IMG/VR virus record: IMGVR_UViG_3300044681_000098
Span: 9,749 to 73,748 of that record
Origin: a virus
Length of the DNA stretch: 64,000 nucleotides
Reading direction: 5' to 3' (one strand)
The notes beneath the pieces were generated by a model. The model made no database searches. It saw only the letters and a list, made by a program, of their open reading frames with translations, and was not told the DNA's origin. This document shows positions 1-9,263 of the stretch, piece after piece; the stretch's first letter is position 1, and every line of letters begins with the position of its first letter. A program made the position numbers and the translations under genes.

Positions 1-177
1 TATCCACTATGAGTGCACTGCAAATCTTTATGGGAATAGTAATAGGATTCCTTGTCGTAAATTTAATGGCTACACTATTTCTTAAATGGTGGAACTTTGA
101 CTATGATGTATTGGATTCTCTAAGGGACTCCTTATACAAAGTATATTACAGGGATAGACAATAAAGGAAGGGAACGT

Positions 178-522
178 ATGGTTGCAAAGAATGATATCAC
201 TGGAGACTCTATTCAGACTAAGGGTGTTTCGAATACCTACCGTGATAACTATGATTTAATTTTTGGAAAGAAGGGTAATATGAAGACGAATAATGGGGGT
301 ATTACTTCCACGGATAACCGTAGTGGTATGACGATTGATTGGGATGTTGCAGATGGTATTACCAAGGCTAATCTTCTTGATCATTTTCATTATCTCACGA
401 AAGAGGTAAATGACCACGAGAAAGATGGTTCTTGGATGCATCCTGAGGATTACCAAAACAGTAAGGTAAACCTGCTGCCAGCCTTTAGAGTGATTCTGAA
501 GTATTATGGGGAGGATGTATGA
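178..522 (+). CDS. hypothetical phage protein (possibly a short N-terminal peptide fused to a second ORF starting at the internal Met, 280)
   Basis: ORF with purine-rich RBS (aaggaagggaa); a second RBS-like aagaaggg lies before the internal ATG. Confidence 0.6.
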   Translation: MVAKNDITGDSIQTKGVSNTYRDNYDLIFGKKGNMKTNNGGITSTDNRSGMTIDWDVADGITKANLLDHFHYLTKEVNDHEKDGSWMHPEDYQNSKVNLLPAFRVILKYYGEDV

Positions 523-567
523 AGTTATTAAGATTCTTTTTGGCTGAGATTTATAGGGGGTATAAGT

Positions 568-855
568 ATGTGGAGAAAGAGAGAGATTATGAAGGTCGAG
601 AAAAAATCCAGCGAAAGTAAAAACAGCGTTGAACTACTGGAATTGGTAGTAGATCTAGCGATGGAAGCGGATAAGTCAGATCCTATTGACTGGGGTATGT
701 TAGCTATTGATGAGGAAAATGCCTATCGGCTAATTGCTAGTCGGATTATTGAAGATCTGAAGGGTGAGTCCGTTGTTGCCATGTCTGTAATTACTCACCT
801 AATCGTCGAGAACATGGTTCTCAATCTGAAACTTAATGGAATGAAAAATGCTTGA
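568..855 (+). CDS. hypothetical protein
   Basis: ORF in a tightly packed plus-strand run, overlapping the next start. Confidence 0.6.
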   Translation: MWRKREIMKVEKKSSESKNSVELLELVVDLAMEADKSDPIDWGMLAIDEENAYRLIASRIIEDLKGESVVAMSVITHLIVENMVLNLKLNGMKNA

Positions 856-1144
856 CCATGACTTACTACGACCTACCTTTCAATGGATAAAAGATGATTA
901 CACTTCTAATCGCTATCGTTTTATTGTGGAACTGTTGGCTTGGTTTGTTAGTATTGGATGTTCGATTACAATGGCTTTCACAGTACCCAACCCTCCGCTA
1001 CTTGTACTATACCCTATTTGGATCAGTGGTTGTGCTATGTATGCTTGGGCTGCTTATACTAGGAAATCATTTGGCATGCTTGCTAATTACATCCTGCTAA
1101 CTGCTATTGATACACTGGGATTGTTTAGAATGCTATGGTTCTAA
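848..1144 (+). CDS. small membrane protein (about 3 TM helices)
   Basis: three hydrophobic segments; overlaps neighbouring genes. Confidence 0.7.
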   Translation: MLDHDLLRPTFQWIKDDYTSNRYRFIVELLAWFVSIGCSITMAFTVPNPPLLVLYPIWISGCAMYAWAAYTRKSFGMLANYILLTAIDTLGLFRMLWF

Positions 1145-1266
1145 TACTACTGGAAATACTTGGATACTGGATTGCTATGGCAGGGTTCATGGCAATGCTT
1201 ATGATATCGGCTCTCGCCTTTGCCAAGGTGTGTGAACTGATATTGGACATCGTCCTAAATAAATAG
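1135..1266 (+). CDS. 43-aa hydrophobic peptide (not in ORF track)
   Basis: manual translation MVLILLEILGYWIAMAGFMAMLMISALAFAKVCELILDIVLNK; fills the gap between genes. Confidence 0.5.
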   Translation: MVLILLEILGYWIAMAGFMAMLMISALAFAKVCELILDIVLNK

Positions 1267-1297
1267 TATTTCCCCCTTTCTCACTTTGGAGTTAACA

Positions 1298-1525
1298 ATG
1301 CTAATTGCAAGAATTACAGAACACGGTAACCAAGAAATGCTTGGCGACTGGGTTCTATCAGACACAAAAGCTGCCGATGGGCAGCGCACTCTCGTTGTTG
1401 GAACACTTGATGGTGTTACAAAAACTTTCTGGACTAAGAACGAAACTCTTATGACTGTTGCAGATCCTGAGCCAGTCGCCGAACCAGAGCCAGAACCAGA
1501 AGTTGTAAACGAAGAGACACCTTGA
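1298..1525 (+). CDS. hypothetical protein with acidic Pro-Glu tail
   Basis: GGAG RBS before ATG 1298; late-promoter-like CTAAATA/ATAAATA at 1255-1265. Confidence 0.65.
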   Translation: MLIARITEHGNQEMLGDWVLSDTKAADGQRTLVVGTLDGVTKTFWTKNETLMTVADPEPVAEPEPEPEVVNEETP

Positions 1526-1550
1526 CATTTAATGCTACCTAATGTATAAT
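1522..1550 (+). promoter_or_regulatory. sigma70-type promoter for the tRNA
   Basis: TTGACA(1522-1527)-17 nt-TATAAT(1545-1550), perfect consensus, 9 nt before the tRNA. Confidence 0.85.
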
Positions 1551-1559
1551 TAGGTATAT

Positions 1560-1635
1560 GCGGATGTAGCTCAGTTGGTAGAGCACCTGCCTTCCAAGCA
1601 GGATGTCGTGGGTTCGAGACCCATCGTCCGCTCCA
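1560..1635 (+). tRNA. tRNA-Gly, anticodon TCC
   Basis: 76-nt cloverleaf: acceptor GCGGATG/CGTCCGC, anticodon arm CCTGC-CTTCCAA-GCAGG, T-loop TTCGAGA, encoded CCA. Confidence 0.97.
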
Positions 1636-1655
1636 TATCATAAGTTGGAGTTATT

Positions 1656-2522
1656 ATGAAAGTTGCGATCACCAGCGATATCCATCTCGAATTCGGAGAT
1701 TGGAATCCGTCAAACCCTGAGAACGCAGATGTTCTCATCCTTGGAGGCGACATTCTAGTTGCATGCGAACTGGAACGTCTACAAGAAGATTCTTACGGTA
1801 TCCTCGACCACTACAAAGGTGAGCGATACAGAGACTTCCTAATCAAATGTAAAGAAAACTATAAGCACGTGGTTTACATCATGGGTAACCATGAACATTA
1901 CCATGGCGACTTTGCTGTCACGTCTAAGGTTCTTCGCAAAGAATGCGATGATCATGGCGTTCACTTTCTTGACAATGATATGATCAAGATCGAAGATTAC
2001 ATCTTTATTGGTGGCACTCTTTGGACTGATATGAACAAGCGTGATCCTTTGACTCTTTATCAGATTCGAAAGATGATGAACGACTTCCGCACAGTTAACA
2101 ATAGTGATGAGGTTGTAAACTTCCGTGATACCGATGGTAAGTTTCATACTAGGGTTGCTAAATTCTCGCCTGAGAATGCAGTTGAGCAACACGAAAAGAT
2201 GCTTGCCTATATCGACAATCTCGTTAAGGTAGAGCCAGAAGCTAAGTTTGTTGTCGTTGGACATCATGCGCCTAGTAAGAAATCTACCCATCCTCGTTAT
2301 GCCAATGAGCAACTAATGAATGGTGGTTACTCGTCTGACCTAGATCAGTTTATTATTGATCGCCCACAGATCAAATTGTGGACTCATGGTCATACTCATG
2401 AACTGTTTGACTACATGGTTGGTGAAACAAGAATTGTTTGCAACCCTCGTGGTTACGTAAACTATGAGAGGGGATCTGATGAAGCAGAACCATACCTTGC
2501 AAAAGTTATTGAACTACCTTAA
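1656..2522 (+). CDS. calcineurin-like metallophosphoesterase
   Basis: SDIHLE, GGDI, GNHEHY, GHHAP and HGHTH motifs. Confidence 0.9.
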   Translation: MKVAITSDIHLEFGDWNPSNPENADVLILGGDILVACELERLQEDSYGILDHYKGERYRDFLIKCKENYKHVVYIMGNHEHYHGDFAVTSKVLRKECDDHGVHFLDNDMIKIEDYIFIGGTLWTDMNKRDPLTLYQIRKMMNDFRTVNNSDEVVNFRDTDGKFHTRVAKFSPENAVEQHEKMLAYIDNLVKVEPEAKFVVVGHHAPSKKSTHPRYANEQLMNGGYSSDLDQFIIDRPQIKLWTHGHTHELFDYMVGETRIVCNPRGYVNYERGSDEAEPYLAKVIELP

Positions 2523-2682
2523 ATACTCAGGAGTTTGGATTGGGTTTGTTCTCAATCCTTACCACTGGGAAGTTGATATGGATTTGGGTGGTCCAACGGA
2601 TACGGATCCTTCAATGTATTTTATATACTTGACTTTTGGACCAGTTTGGTGTAGAATTGTTATAGATGACGGAAGATGGTAA
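2464..2682 (+). CDS. hypothetical protein
   Basis: ORF overlapping both neighbours; start uncertain. Confidence 0.55.
   Translation: MRGDLMKQNHTLQKLLNYLKYSGVWIGFVLNPYHWEVDMDLGGPTDTDPSMYFIYLTFGPVWCRIVIDDGRW
2629..2657 (+). promoter_or_regulatory. sigma70-type promoter (intragenic)
   Basis: TTGACT-17 nt-TAGAAT with extended -10 TG; same CTTGACTTTT context as the promoters at 17144 and 17580. Confidence 0.6.
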
Positions 2683-2876
2683 TGTCTAATTACAAACCTA
2701 TTAAAACATTTGAGAATCAAAACAAGACTCGAGAAGCAATCGTAGTCTTAATTGATGGTACGAAGTATGGTGTGAGCACCAAGAATGATTTTGGTGTTCA
2801 CTTCTTTAGTCAGTTTGATGAGAACGCAGATGCAGCAATGCACTTTGCAGAACAGTGGGTGAACAAATATGAGTAA
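2676..2876 (+). CDS. hypothetical protein
   Basis: ORF in a coupled gene run. Confidence 0.6.
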   Translation: MVMSNYKPIKTFENQNKTREAIVVLIDGTKYGVSTKNDFGVHFFSQFDENADAAMHFAEQWVNKYE

Positions 2877-3306
2877 GTATACATTAGATGTTAAGTTTCG
2901 CGAAGACGGTGAGGCATACATTGAATTGCCTGATGAGATCATTAAAGAGACTGGCTGGAAAGTTGGTGACGATCTTGAGTGGCAGGACAATGGTGATGGT
3001 AGTTTCACTCTAACTCAATCTGATAAAGAATGGGTTCTTGTTGAATGTATTAGCACCTTCCGTGAGCGTTATATGGTGCAGGTTCCTAAAGGTAAAGCTG
3101 AGTGGGCACTTGACACTGTAGTATGTGAGGAAGCCAAAGAGTTTTCTCAGGAGCATTTAGGTGAGACTATTGTTTCTCATCGAGTTGTTAGTTATGAAGA
3201 GGCTCTCAGAATCTGTGATGTGGATAACGACTATACACGAAGCTGGTCTGAGGAACAAAAGGTAAGAGCATTCTTTACTAAAGAAGGAGAGAAACGTGAC
3301 AACTAA
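2869..3306 (+). CDS. AbrB/SpoVT-like N-terminal domain protein
   Basis: GEAYIELPDEIIKETGWKVGDDLEW resembles the swapped-hairpin AbrB motif. Confidence 0.65.
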   Translation: MSKYTLDVKFREDGEAYIELPDEIIKETGWKVGDDLEWQDNGDGSFTLTQSDKEWVLVECISTFRERYMVQVPKGKAEWALDTVVCEEAKEFSQEHLGETIVSHRVVSYEEALRICDVDNDYTRSWSEEQKVRAFFTKEGEKRDN

Positions 3307-3658
3307 ATTCACATTCAAACAAGAGTATCCAGGGTTTTCTGGAATGAACTATTCATCACCACCAGCTACAGTAAGTGTAGAAGTTAGTGGTGATTTATCG
3401 GTACAACAACTGCTAGAGAAGTTTGAGGACTTCTTGCGTGGTGCTGGTTATGTATTCAATGGGCATATAGTCATTGAGGAAGAAGAAGACACCCCTAGTG
3501 TTTCCTTTGGTGGTAGTATGGATGACAATGTTACATTCTTTACTGACGACAGTATCAACCTTACTGGTGCTGCTGCTGGTGAAACTTATGTGGTGACAGA
3601 TTCTGAACATTCATCTTTCTATTACGATACGGAAAGAAACAAACCTGTAAAGGTATAA
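3296..3658 (+). CDS. hypothetical protein
   Basis: GTG start with AAGGAG RBS. Confidence 0.65.
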   Translation: MTTKFTFKQEYPGFSGMNYSSPPATVSVEVSGDLSVQQLLEKFEDFLRGAGYVFNGHIVIEEEEDTPSVSFGGSMDDNVTFFTDDSINLTGAAAGETYVVTDSEHSSFYYDTERNKPVKV

Positions 3659-3660
3659 CC

Positions 3661-4035
3661 ATGACTAAAGTTTTCACAGACGTTAGTGTATTTTTAGCTG
3701 CAGTTGGGCAAGATGTTCCTTCTGCACCTCTGAAGACTGTTTCAGATCAAGCAGAACTTTATAAGAAACTTATCAAAGAGGAAGTTGAAGAGTTTTGGGA
3801 AGCTGAAGCAGCATCCGATGATGTTGAACAGATTGATGCTTGCTTTGACATGATGTGGGTTATTGTTGGCTATATGAAGTCTCGTGGTTGGGATTGCGAA
3901 GCAATTTGGGATGAGGGTGCTAAGAGTAACTTATCAAAGATTGATCCAGTAACATGCAAAGTCCGTAAGCGTGACGATGGTAAGATTCTAAAACCAGAGG
4001 GATGGAAGCCACCAGACTTTACGAGATTCGTATGA
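3661..4035 (+). CDS. MazG-like all-alpha NTP pyrophosphohydrolase
   Basis: LIKEEVEE...EQIDACFD acidic motif; SNLSK and DGKILKPEGWKPP. Confidence 0.85.
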   Translation: MTKVFTDVSVFLAAVGQDVPSAPLKTVSDQAELYKKLIKEEVEEFWEAEAASDDVEQIDACFDMMWVIVGYMKSRGWDCEAIWDEGAKSNLSKIDPVTCKVRKRDDGKILKPEGWKPPDFTRFV

Positions 4036-4157
4036 TACTTGAAATTTTCTTTGCTGGTTTTATAACTGCTTTTGGTTGGTGGTCTGCAAACCATTATGTT
4101 ATTGAACCTTACTTTCCACCAAAGATTGAACGTAAACAAGATGAGGACAAACAATGA
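4032..4157 (+). CDS. 41-aa single-TM peptide (not in ORF track)
   Basis: MILEIFFAGFITAFGWWSANHYVIEPYFPPKIERKQDEDKQ; ATGA overlaps at both ends. Confidence 0.65.
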   Translation: MILEIFFAGFITAFGWWSANHYVIEPYFPPKIERKQDEDKQ

Positions 4158-4567
4158 TTGAGTGCCTAATCCTTGGCGATTCTATTGCCGTAGGTGTATC
4201 ACAGATTAAAAAAGAATGCGTATCTTTTGTTAAGTCTGGCATCAACAGTAAAACCTTCTATGAGAAGAACAAATCTCTTTTGGGGAAGCAGACTAATACT
4301 GGTATCACTATCATTAGCATTGGTCCAAATGATACCAAGTCTATTGACACGATTAAGTATGCGAATCTAATTCGAGAAAACATTAAGGGTAGAGTCTTTT
4401 GGATCCTACCCTCTCAAACAAAGAAGCCAGATAAGTTTCAAATTATTAAAGAGGTAGCTGCTGTTTGGGGCGACACTGTTATTGAAAGACCAGCGGATAA
4501 AATTTCCCCTGATGGTGTTCACCCAACATACGCAGGATACAAACAAATCGCAGAGATGGTGAAATGA
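4154..4567 (+). CDS. SGNH/GDSL hydrolase
   Basis: GDSIA, GxND and DGVHP blocks. Confidence 0.85.
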   Translation: MIECLILGDSIAVGVSQIKKECVSFVKSGINSKTFYEKNKSLLGKQTNTGITIISIGPNDTKSIDTIKYANLIRENIKGRVFWILPSQTKKPDKFQIIKEVAAVWGDTVIERPADKISPDGVHPTYAGYKQIAEMVK

Positions 4568-5061
4568 TTAAATTATACTTAGATATGGATGGTGTGCTCT
4601 GCAACTTTGAAGAAAAGTTTGCACCACTTAAACCTGCAGGTAAGAAATACGACAAAGAGATCTTTGCCAAGGCAGTAATGGAAGGCAAGATCTTCGAGAC
4701 TCTTGACTGGATGCCAAACGGTAAACGACTAATTGATGTTGTGCGCATGTTGCCTGTTACAGTTGAGATTCTAACTTCTGTTGGAACACACAGACCATTG
4801 CAAGCTGCTGAAGCTGCACGTCAAAAACAAAAGTGGTTGCATCAGCACAACATTCTTTACAAAGCAAACTTTGTGAATATGTTCTCAGAGAAAAAGAACT
4901 ACGCACACAAGAATACAATCTTGATTGATGATCGTCCAGATTGCGCTTTGCCCTTTACTTCTGCTGGAGGACATGGTATACTATACTCTGACAGCAAGCA
5001 TTCTGAAGCTGTTCAAGAGTTACAAAATCTAGTTCTTCAACTAAAGGCTATTCAAACTTGA
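4564..5061 (+). CDS. HAD-family 5'(3')-nucleotidase-like protein
   Basis: LDMDGVL, ILTS, K and LIDD motifs. Confidence 0.85.
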   Translation: MIKLYLDMDGVLCNFEEKFAPLKPAGKKYDKEIFAKAVMEGKIFETLDWMPNGKRLIDVVRMLPVTVEILTSVGTHRPLQAAEAARQKQKWLHQHNILYKANFVNMFSEKKNYAHKNTILIDDRPDCALPFTSAGGHGILYSDSKHSEAVQELQNLVLQLKAIQT

Positions 5062-5216
5062 GACAATACTGGCGCATTTGGGCTAAGGCATTAGGTGAAA
5101 AGGCAGGTGCTACTAAACAGGAAGCTGATAAGGTAGCACTTGTCCGTACTGCTATTGTTCTTTGCTACATAATTACTAACATCTTTATTATTGCTGGCGT
5201 TATACATCATTGGTGA
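5058..5216 (+). CDS. 52-aa membrane peptide (not in ORF track)
   Basis: TTG start; MRQYWRIWAKALGEKAG...ITNIFIIAGVIHHW, resembles a small protein I recall from aquatic T4-like phages. Confidence 0.65.
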   Translation: MRQYWRIWAKALGEKAGATKQEADKVALVRTAIVLCYIITNIFIIAGVIHHW

Positions 5217-5220
5217 AATC

Positions 5221-5763
5221 ATGAACATCTTCTATCTTGACAACAATCCTAAAACCTGCGCACAAATGCATGTCGATAAGCATTGCGTAAAAATGATTCT
5301 TGAATATGCCCAACTTCTCTCTACTGCTCACCGTGTTCTTGATGGTACTCCTTCTGTGGTTCTCAGTGACAAAGGACGACGCAAAACAGTTCATACTTTG
5401 CCTGATCATCGTAACGATCTACTGTATAGTGCTACTCACATCAATCATCCTTCTGCTATTTGGGTAAGACAGTCTGAGCAGAACTATATGTGGTTGTGCG
5501 AGTTGCTAGAAGAACTTTGTGTTGAGTATACCTATCGTTATGGTAAGGTTCACAAGATCGAAGCCACTGGTTTGATGCAAACTCTAAAGAATAATTTCCC
5601 AACCAATATTCCTATTGGACCATTCACTGAGCCAACCCCAGCAATGCCTGATGACTTCAAAGTTGCTGGTAACTCTATTCAATCTTATCACAACTACTAC
5701 CTTGGTGCCAAGACTAGAATGTTTTCTTGGAAGAATCGAGAGACCCCATCATGGATTCTTTAA
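5221..5763 (+). CDS. pyrimidine dimer DNA glycosylase/endonuclease V-like protein
   Basis: MNIFYLD...DKHCVKMILEYAQLLST, HxNHP, EYTYRYGKVH and AMP motifs. Confidence 0.75.
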   Translation: MNIFYLDNNPKTCAQMHVDKHCVKMILEYAQLLSTAHRVLDGTPSVVLSDKGRRKTVHTLPDHRNDLLYSATHINHPSAIWVRQSEQNYMWLCELLEELCVEYTYRYGKVHKIEATGLMQTLKNNFPTNIPIGPFTEPTPAMPDDFKVAGNSIQSYHNYYLGAKTRMFSWKNRETPSWIL

Positions 5764-6332
5764 CTCTTTTTCCGACTAAGATAAGCATTTACTATAATGA
5801 GGCTCTAGCTAGAAAGATAGAACCACTCATTGACGAATACACCGCAAGAGGTGAAGCAATGATGGGTATCGATAATCACATCACTACCTATAACAATCCT
5901 GAAGAGGGTGCTAGGTTAAACACCGATGGTAGATTAGCGGAAGCATTCCAATGGTGTATGTCTACTGCTTTGGATGATTTTCATAACAGAGGGTGGGATG
6001 TTAAGAATATAAAATTCCAACCCCACTTCTTTGCCAATGAGATAAGACATGGTGGGTTCTTCCATAGACATGCTCATCCAAACGCTACTATCTCTGGTTG
6101 CTTCTATGTCAATGTTCCTGATGGCGCATCTGATATTATCTTTCATGATCCTCGCCCATATAAACAATGTGTCATGTTACCCTGTAGAGAAGGGTTCTCA
6201 GATCTTCTGGCTGATGAATACCCAATGAAGGTTAAGACAGGAATGTTGTTAATTTGGAGTTCATGGTTGGAGCATGAGGTGGTTCAAAACAAATCAAAGC
6301 TGCCAAGAAAAACTTTAGTGTTCAACATGTGA
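5751..6332 (+). CDS. putative 2OG-Fe(II) oxygenase
   Basis: HAHPNATISGCFYV, FHDPRP, WLEHEV and terminal R-x-T-LVFN. Confidence 0.85.
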   Translation: MDSLTLFPTKISIYYNEALARKIEPLIDEYTARGEAMMGIDNHITTYNNPEEGARLNTDGRLAEAFQWCMSTALDDFHNRGWDVKNIKFQPHFFANEIRHGGFFHRHAHPNATISGCFYVNVPDGASDIIFHDPRPYKQCVMLPCREGFSDLLADEYPMKVKTGMLLIWSSWLEHEVVQNKSKLPRKTLVFNM

Positions 6333-6337
6333 TGTCG

Positions 6338-6344
6338 CTAAATA
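6338..6344 (+). promoter_or_regulatory. T4-type late promoter-like motif
   Basis: intergenic CTAAATA before the FmdB-PhoH-endolysin run. Confidence 0.6.
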
Positions 6345-6375
6345 GATTTATGTATTAAAGTGGAGTCAACAACTA

Positions 6376-6633
6376 ATGCCTACGTATAGAATGTTATGTA
6401 AGGATTGCGCTACGCAATTCGAAGTGTTCTGCAAGATCGCCGAAATGGACGATCCACACAAATGCCCCCAATGCCAATCTACAAGCTGGACTAGGGAAAT
6501 CACAGCACCAATGATCTGTGATCCTGTCAGAGTTGGTGCACGTAAAATGGATACTGGATTTAAGGAGGTACTGCAAAAGATACACGAAAAGACCCCAGGA
6601 AGCATTCTCAATAAACAATCTGGACAACTATAA
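6376..6633 (+). CDS. FmdB-family zinc-ribbon protein
   Basis: MPTY-CxxC...CPxC. Confidence 0.8.
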   Translation: MPTYRMLCKDCATQFEVFCKIAEMDDPHKCPQCQSTSWTREITAPMICDPVRVGARKMDTGFKEVLQKIHEKTPGSILNKQSGQL

Positions 6634-6645
6634 CAAGGAGAGCGA

Positions 6646-7419
6646 ATGGCTCGTACGGCTAAGAAACCATTAGTAGAACATGAAGACAGTGAGCCAACCC
6701 AAAAAGTCAGACCGATTAATAACTCACTAAGAGTTAGAATTGACGACCTAAAGACTTTTGAACCATTAACAGCGAATCAGAAAAAATTTTATGATGCCTA
6801 TAAAAGACAGGATTACTTCATCGCCTTGCATGGAGTTGCAGGAACAGGAAAAACATTTATTGCCTTGTATAAAGCGTTGGAGGAAGTTCTCGACAAGTCA
6901 AACCCATTCAACAAAATTATCATTGTCCGTAGTGCAGTCCCTTCTAGAGAAGTCGGTCATTTACCTGGAGACCTAAATGAAAAAACAGAAATCTACAGAC
7001 AGCCATACCAGCAAATCTGTTCCATTCTGTTTGGTAGACCAGACGCATACCAGAGACTCGAAGAACAGCACCACATTGAATTCATCTCTACCTCCTTTAT
7101 TAGAGGGATGTCTTTTGATGATGCAATTATTATCGTAGATGAAATGCAAAACTTAACATTTGAAGAAATTGATACTGTCATGACTCGTGTCGGTTATCGT
7201 TCTAAGATTGTTTGGTGCGGTGACTATCGTCAGACCGACCTAAATAAGAAGAAGAACGACATGAGCGGAATTTTAAGATTCTTCGACATTGCTATGCATA
7301 TGAAAGCGTTTACCAGAATTGAGTTTACGCCTGAAGATATCGTTCGTTCTTCTTTAGTTAAGGATTATATCCTAGCAAAATTAAAATATGAAGACTCAGG
7401 TCTTCACACAAATCAATAG
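6646..7419 (+). CDS. phoH: PhoH-family ATPase
   Basis: GVAGTGKT, GHLPG, FIRGMSF, DEMQN, MTRVG, GDYRQTD and DIVRS motifs. Confidence 0.95.
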   Translation: MARTAKKPLVEHEDSEPTQKVRPINNSLRVRIDDLKTFEPLTANQKKFYDAYKRQDYFIALHGVAGTGKTFIALYKALEEVLDKSNPFNKIIIVRSAVPSREVGHLPGDLNEKTEIYRQPYQQICSILFGRPDAYQRLEEQHHIEFISTSFIRGMSFDDAIIIVDEMQNLTFEEIDTVMTRVGYRSKIVWCGDYRQTDLNKKKNDMSGILRFFDIAMHMKAFTRIEFTPEDIVRSSLVKDYILAKLKYEDSGLHTNQ

Positions 7420-7427
7420 GAGGGATT

Positions 7428-7550
7428 ATGATTGAAGTACTATTTTGGCTTCTCGTAGGAGCGTTCATTGGCTGGCATTTCCCACAACCAGCATGGGCTA
7501 AAGTTTTAGAAGATAAAGTAAAGGGATTCTTTACTAGCAAGGGAGAGTGA
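7428..7550 (+). CDS. 40-aa membrane peptide immediately before the endolysin (not in ORF track)
   Basis: AGGAGG RBS; MIEVLFWLLVGAFIGWHFPQPAWAKVLEDKVKGFFTSKGE. Confidence 0.7.
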   Translation: MIEVLFWLLVGAFIGWHFPQPAWAKVLEDKVKGFFTSKGE

Positions 7551-7551
7551 T

Positions 7552-8169
7552 ATGATTACTCTAGAATTACTACAACACATCGCACCAAAGACCAGCGTTG
7601 ATCGTCTTCAAGAGTTTGTTGAGCCACTTGCACAGGCATGTGAGACTTTTGAGATCAATACACCTTCTCGCCTTGCTTGCTTCTTAGCGCAGGTAGCACA
7701 TGAGTCAGGTGGTTTCAGTGCGGTTAAAGAAAACCTTAACTATTCTGCTAAGTCGTTAGATGCAGTATTCCCAAAGTATTTTAAGAATGCTGGTCGCAAT
7801 GCTGCTGAGTATGAGAGACAACCAGAAAAGATTGCTAACATCGTTTATGCTAACCGCATGGGTAATGGTGATACAGCTTCTGGTGATGGTTTCAAATACC
7901 GTGGTCGTGGATTGATTCAACTTACTGGTAAGAATAACTATACAGCATTTGCTAATGATGTTGGTCTTACTATTGATGAAGCAGTTGACTACCTTGAGAC
8001 ATATGAAGGTGCAGCAATGTCAGCAGGTTGGTTCTGGGCTAATAACAATTTGAACCAGTGGGCTGATGCAGAAGATATGGTCACTTTGACCAAGCGTATT
8101 AACGGTGGCACAATTGGTCTTGAAGACCGTATTCACCACTTCCATATTGTGAAGGAAGCGTTAGCTTAA
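7552..8169 (+). CDS. glycoside hydrolase family 19 endolysin
   Basis: FLAQVAHESGG, ENLNYS, YRGRGLIQLTGKNNY and TKRINGG motifs. Confidence 0.93.
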   Translation: MITLELLQHIAPKTSVDRLQEFVEPLAQACETFEINTPSRLACFLAQVAHESGGFSAVKENLNYSAKSLDAVFPKYFKNAGRNAAEYERQPEKIANIVYANRMGNGDTASGDGFKYRGRGLIQLTGKNNYTAFANDVGLTIDEAVDYLETYEGAAMSAGWFWANNNLNQWADAEDMVTLTKRINGGTIGLEDRIHHFHIVKEALA

Positions 8170-8180
8170 AATTGAATTGA

Positions 8181-8837
8181 ATGTTTAATCATATACATCA
8201 TGATATACCCAAATTGGTTAGGACAACTGCCCCAGATGGTTCGAGAGTATATCAAACCCCATCTGGTGCAGCCTATCCATCCGTCACTAGCGTCACAGGA
8301 TTGCTTAACAAAGCGTCCATCATTGAATGGAGAAAGAGAGTCGGAGAAGCAGAAGCAAACCGAATCTCAAACCAAGCAGCATCAAGAGGAACTAGAATAC
8401 ACACTTTATGCGAGAACTTTCTGCTCAATAAAGAAGTGTTACCAGATCTCTTTGATCACGAACTCTGGAAAACGATCAAGCCAGAGTTGGATCGTATAAA
8501 TAATATACATTGTTTAGAAACTCAACTCTATTCTGACCATTTACAAGTAGCAGGTACTGTTGACTGTATCGCAGAGTATAATGGGAAGGTATCTGTAATA
8601 GATTTTAAGACATCCAAGCGAGTTAAGTCTAGAGATGATATCGGCAATTACTTTATGCAATGCGCAGCTTATGCTGTCGCCTTTGAAGAAAGAACTGGCA
8701 TCCCTGTACCACGTATTGTGATTATTATGGGGGTGGACGACGAACCAGAGCCATTGATCTTCCACGAGAAGCGTGATACATGGATAGATCAATTTATCTC
8801 TTTACGCAAGGAGTATCGCAAATGGAAAAGTGTATAA
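8181..8837 (+). CDS. PD-(D/E)XK (Cas4-like) exonuclease
   Basis: YPSVTSV, RGTRIH, AGTVDC, IDFKTS and QCAAY motifs. Confidence 0.88.
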   Translation: MFNHIHHDIPKLVRTTAPDGSRVYQTPSGAAYPSVTSVTGLLNKASIIEWRKRVGEAEANRISNQAASRGTRIHTLCENFLLNKEVLPDLFDHELWKTIKPELDRINNIHCLETQLYSDHLQVAGTVDCIAEYNGKVSVIDFKTSKRVKSRDDIGNYFMQCAAYAVAFEERTGIPVPRIVIIMGVDDEPEPLIFHEKRDTWIDQFISLRKEYRKWKSV

Positions 8838-9172
8838 TCGCATTGTCCATGGCTTTCGCCACTGCAGCATATGCACAAGAACCAATGAAGGTTAATATTA
8901 CTGGAGTTTGTTCTGACTTTGCAAGCATAACTGCCACTGCTGCAAAATACCAAGAGTTGCCATTTATTCGAGGAAGGGTTAACACCCCAGAAAGAAGTTC
9001 ATATTTCGTTCTATACTTAAATGCTGAAACTAGAACATGGACGTATAGCGAACAAATTTCTGATTCTTTATACTGTGTGATTGCCTCTGGTGAGGGTATA
9101 GAACCAGTACCTGATGTAATCGTACAGGAGTATAAAGATGCATACGGAAGAAACAATAAACAAAACTTTTGA
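8822..9172 (+). CDS. exported hypothetical protein
   Basis: AAGGAG upstream; signal-peptide-like MEKCIIALSMAFATAAYA-Q. Confidence 0.65.
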   Translation: MEKCIIALSMAFATAAYAQEPMKVNITGVCSDFASITATAAKYQELPFIRGRVNTPERSSYFVLYLNAETRTWTYSEQISDSLYCVIASGEGIEPVPDVIVQEYKDAYGRNNKQNF

Positions 9173-9263
9173 TTATTGGGTTTACTTATGGCTTCAATTT
9201 TATTATATGCCGTTCTTTGTGATGGGAGCAGTCAGTGAGCGTGGAAAAAACATATGTCCTTGA
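9138..9263 (+). CDS. 41-aa aromatic-rich peptide (not in ORF track)
   Basis: CAGGAG RBS; MHTEETINKTFDYWVYLWLQFYYMPFFVMG... Confidence 0.45.
   Translation: MHTEETINKTFDYWVYLWLQFYYMPFFVMGAVSERGKNICP

Noticed and set aside
1-177. Partial gene at the window start
   Set aside because: Several short frames are possible (for example MSALQIFMGIVIGFLVVNLMATLFS) and none can be chosen without upstream sequence.
8181-8837. Cas4 as part of a CRISPR system
   Set aside because: No repeat-spacer array or other cas genes are visible; solo nucleases of this type are common in T4-like phages.
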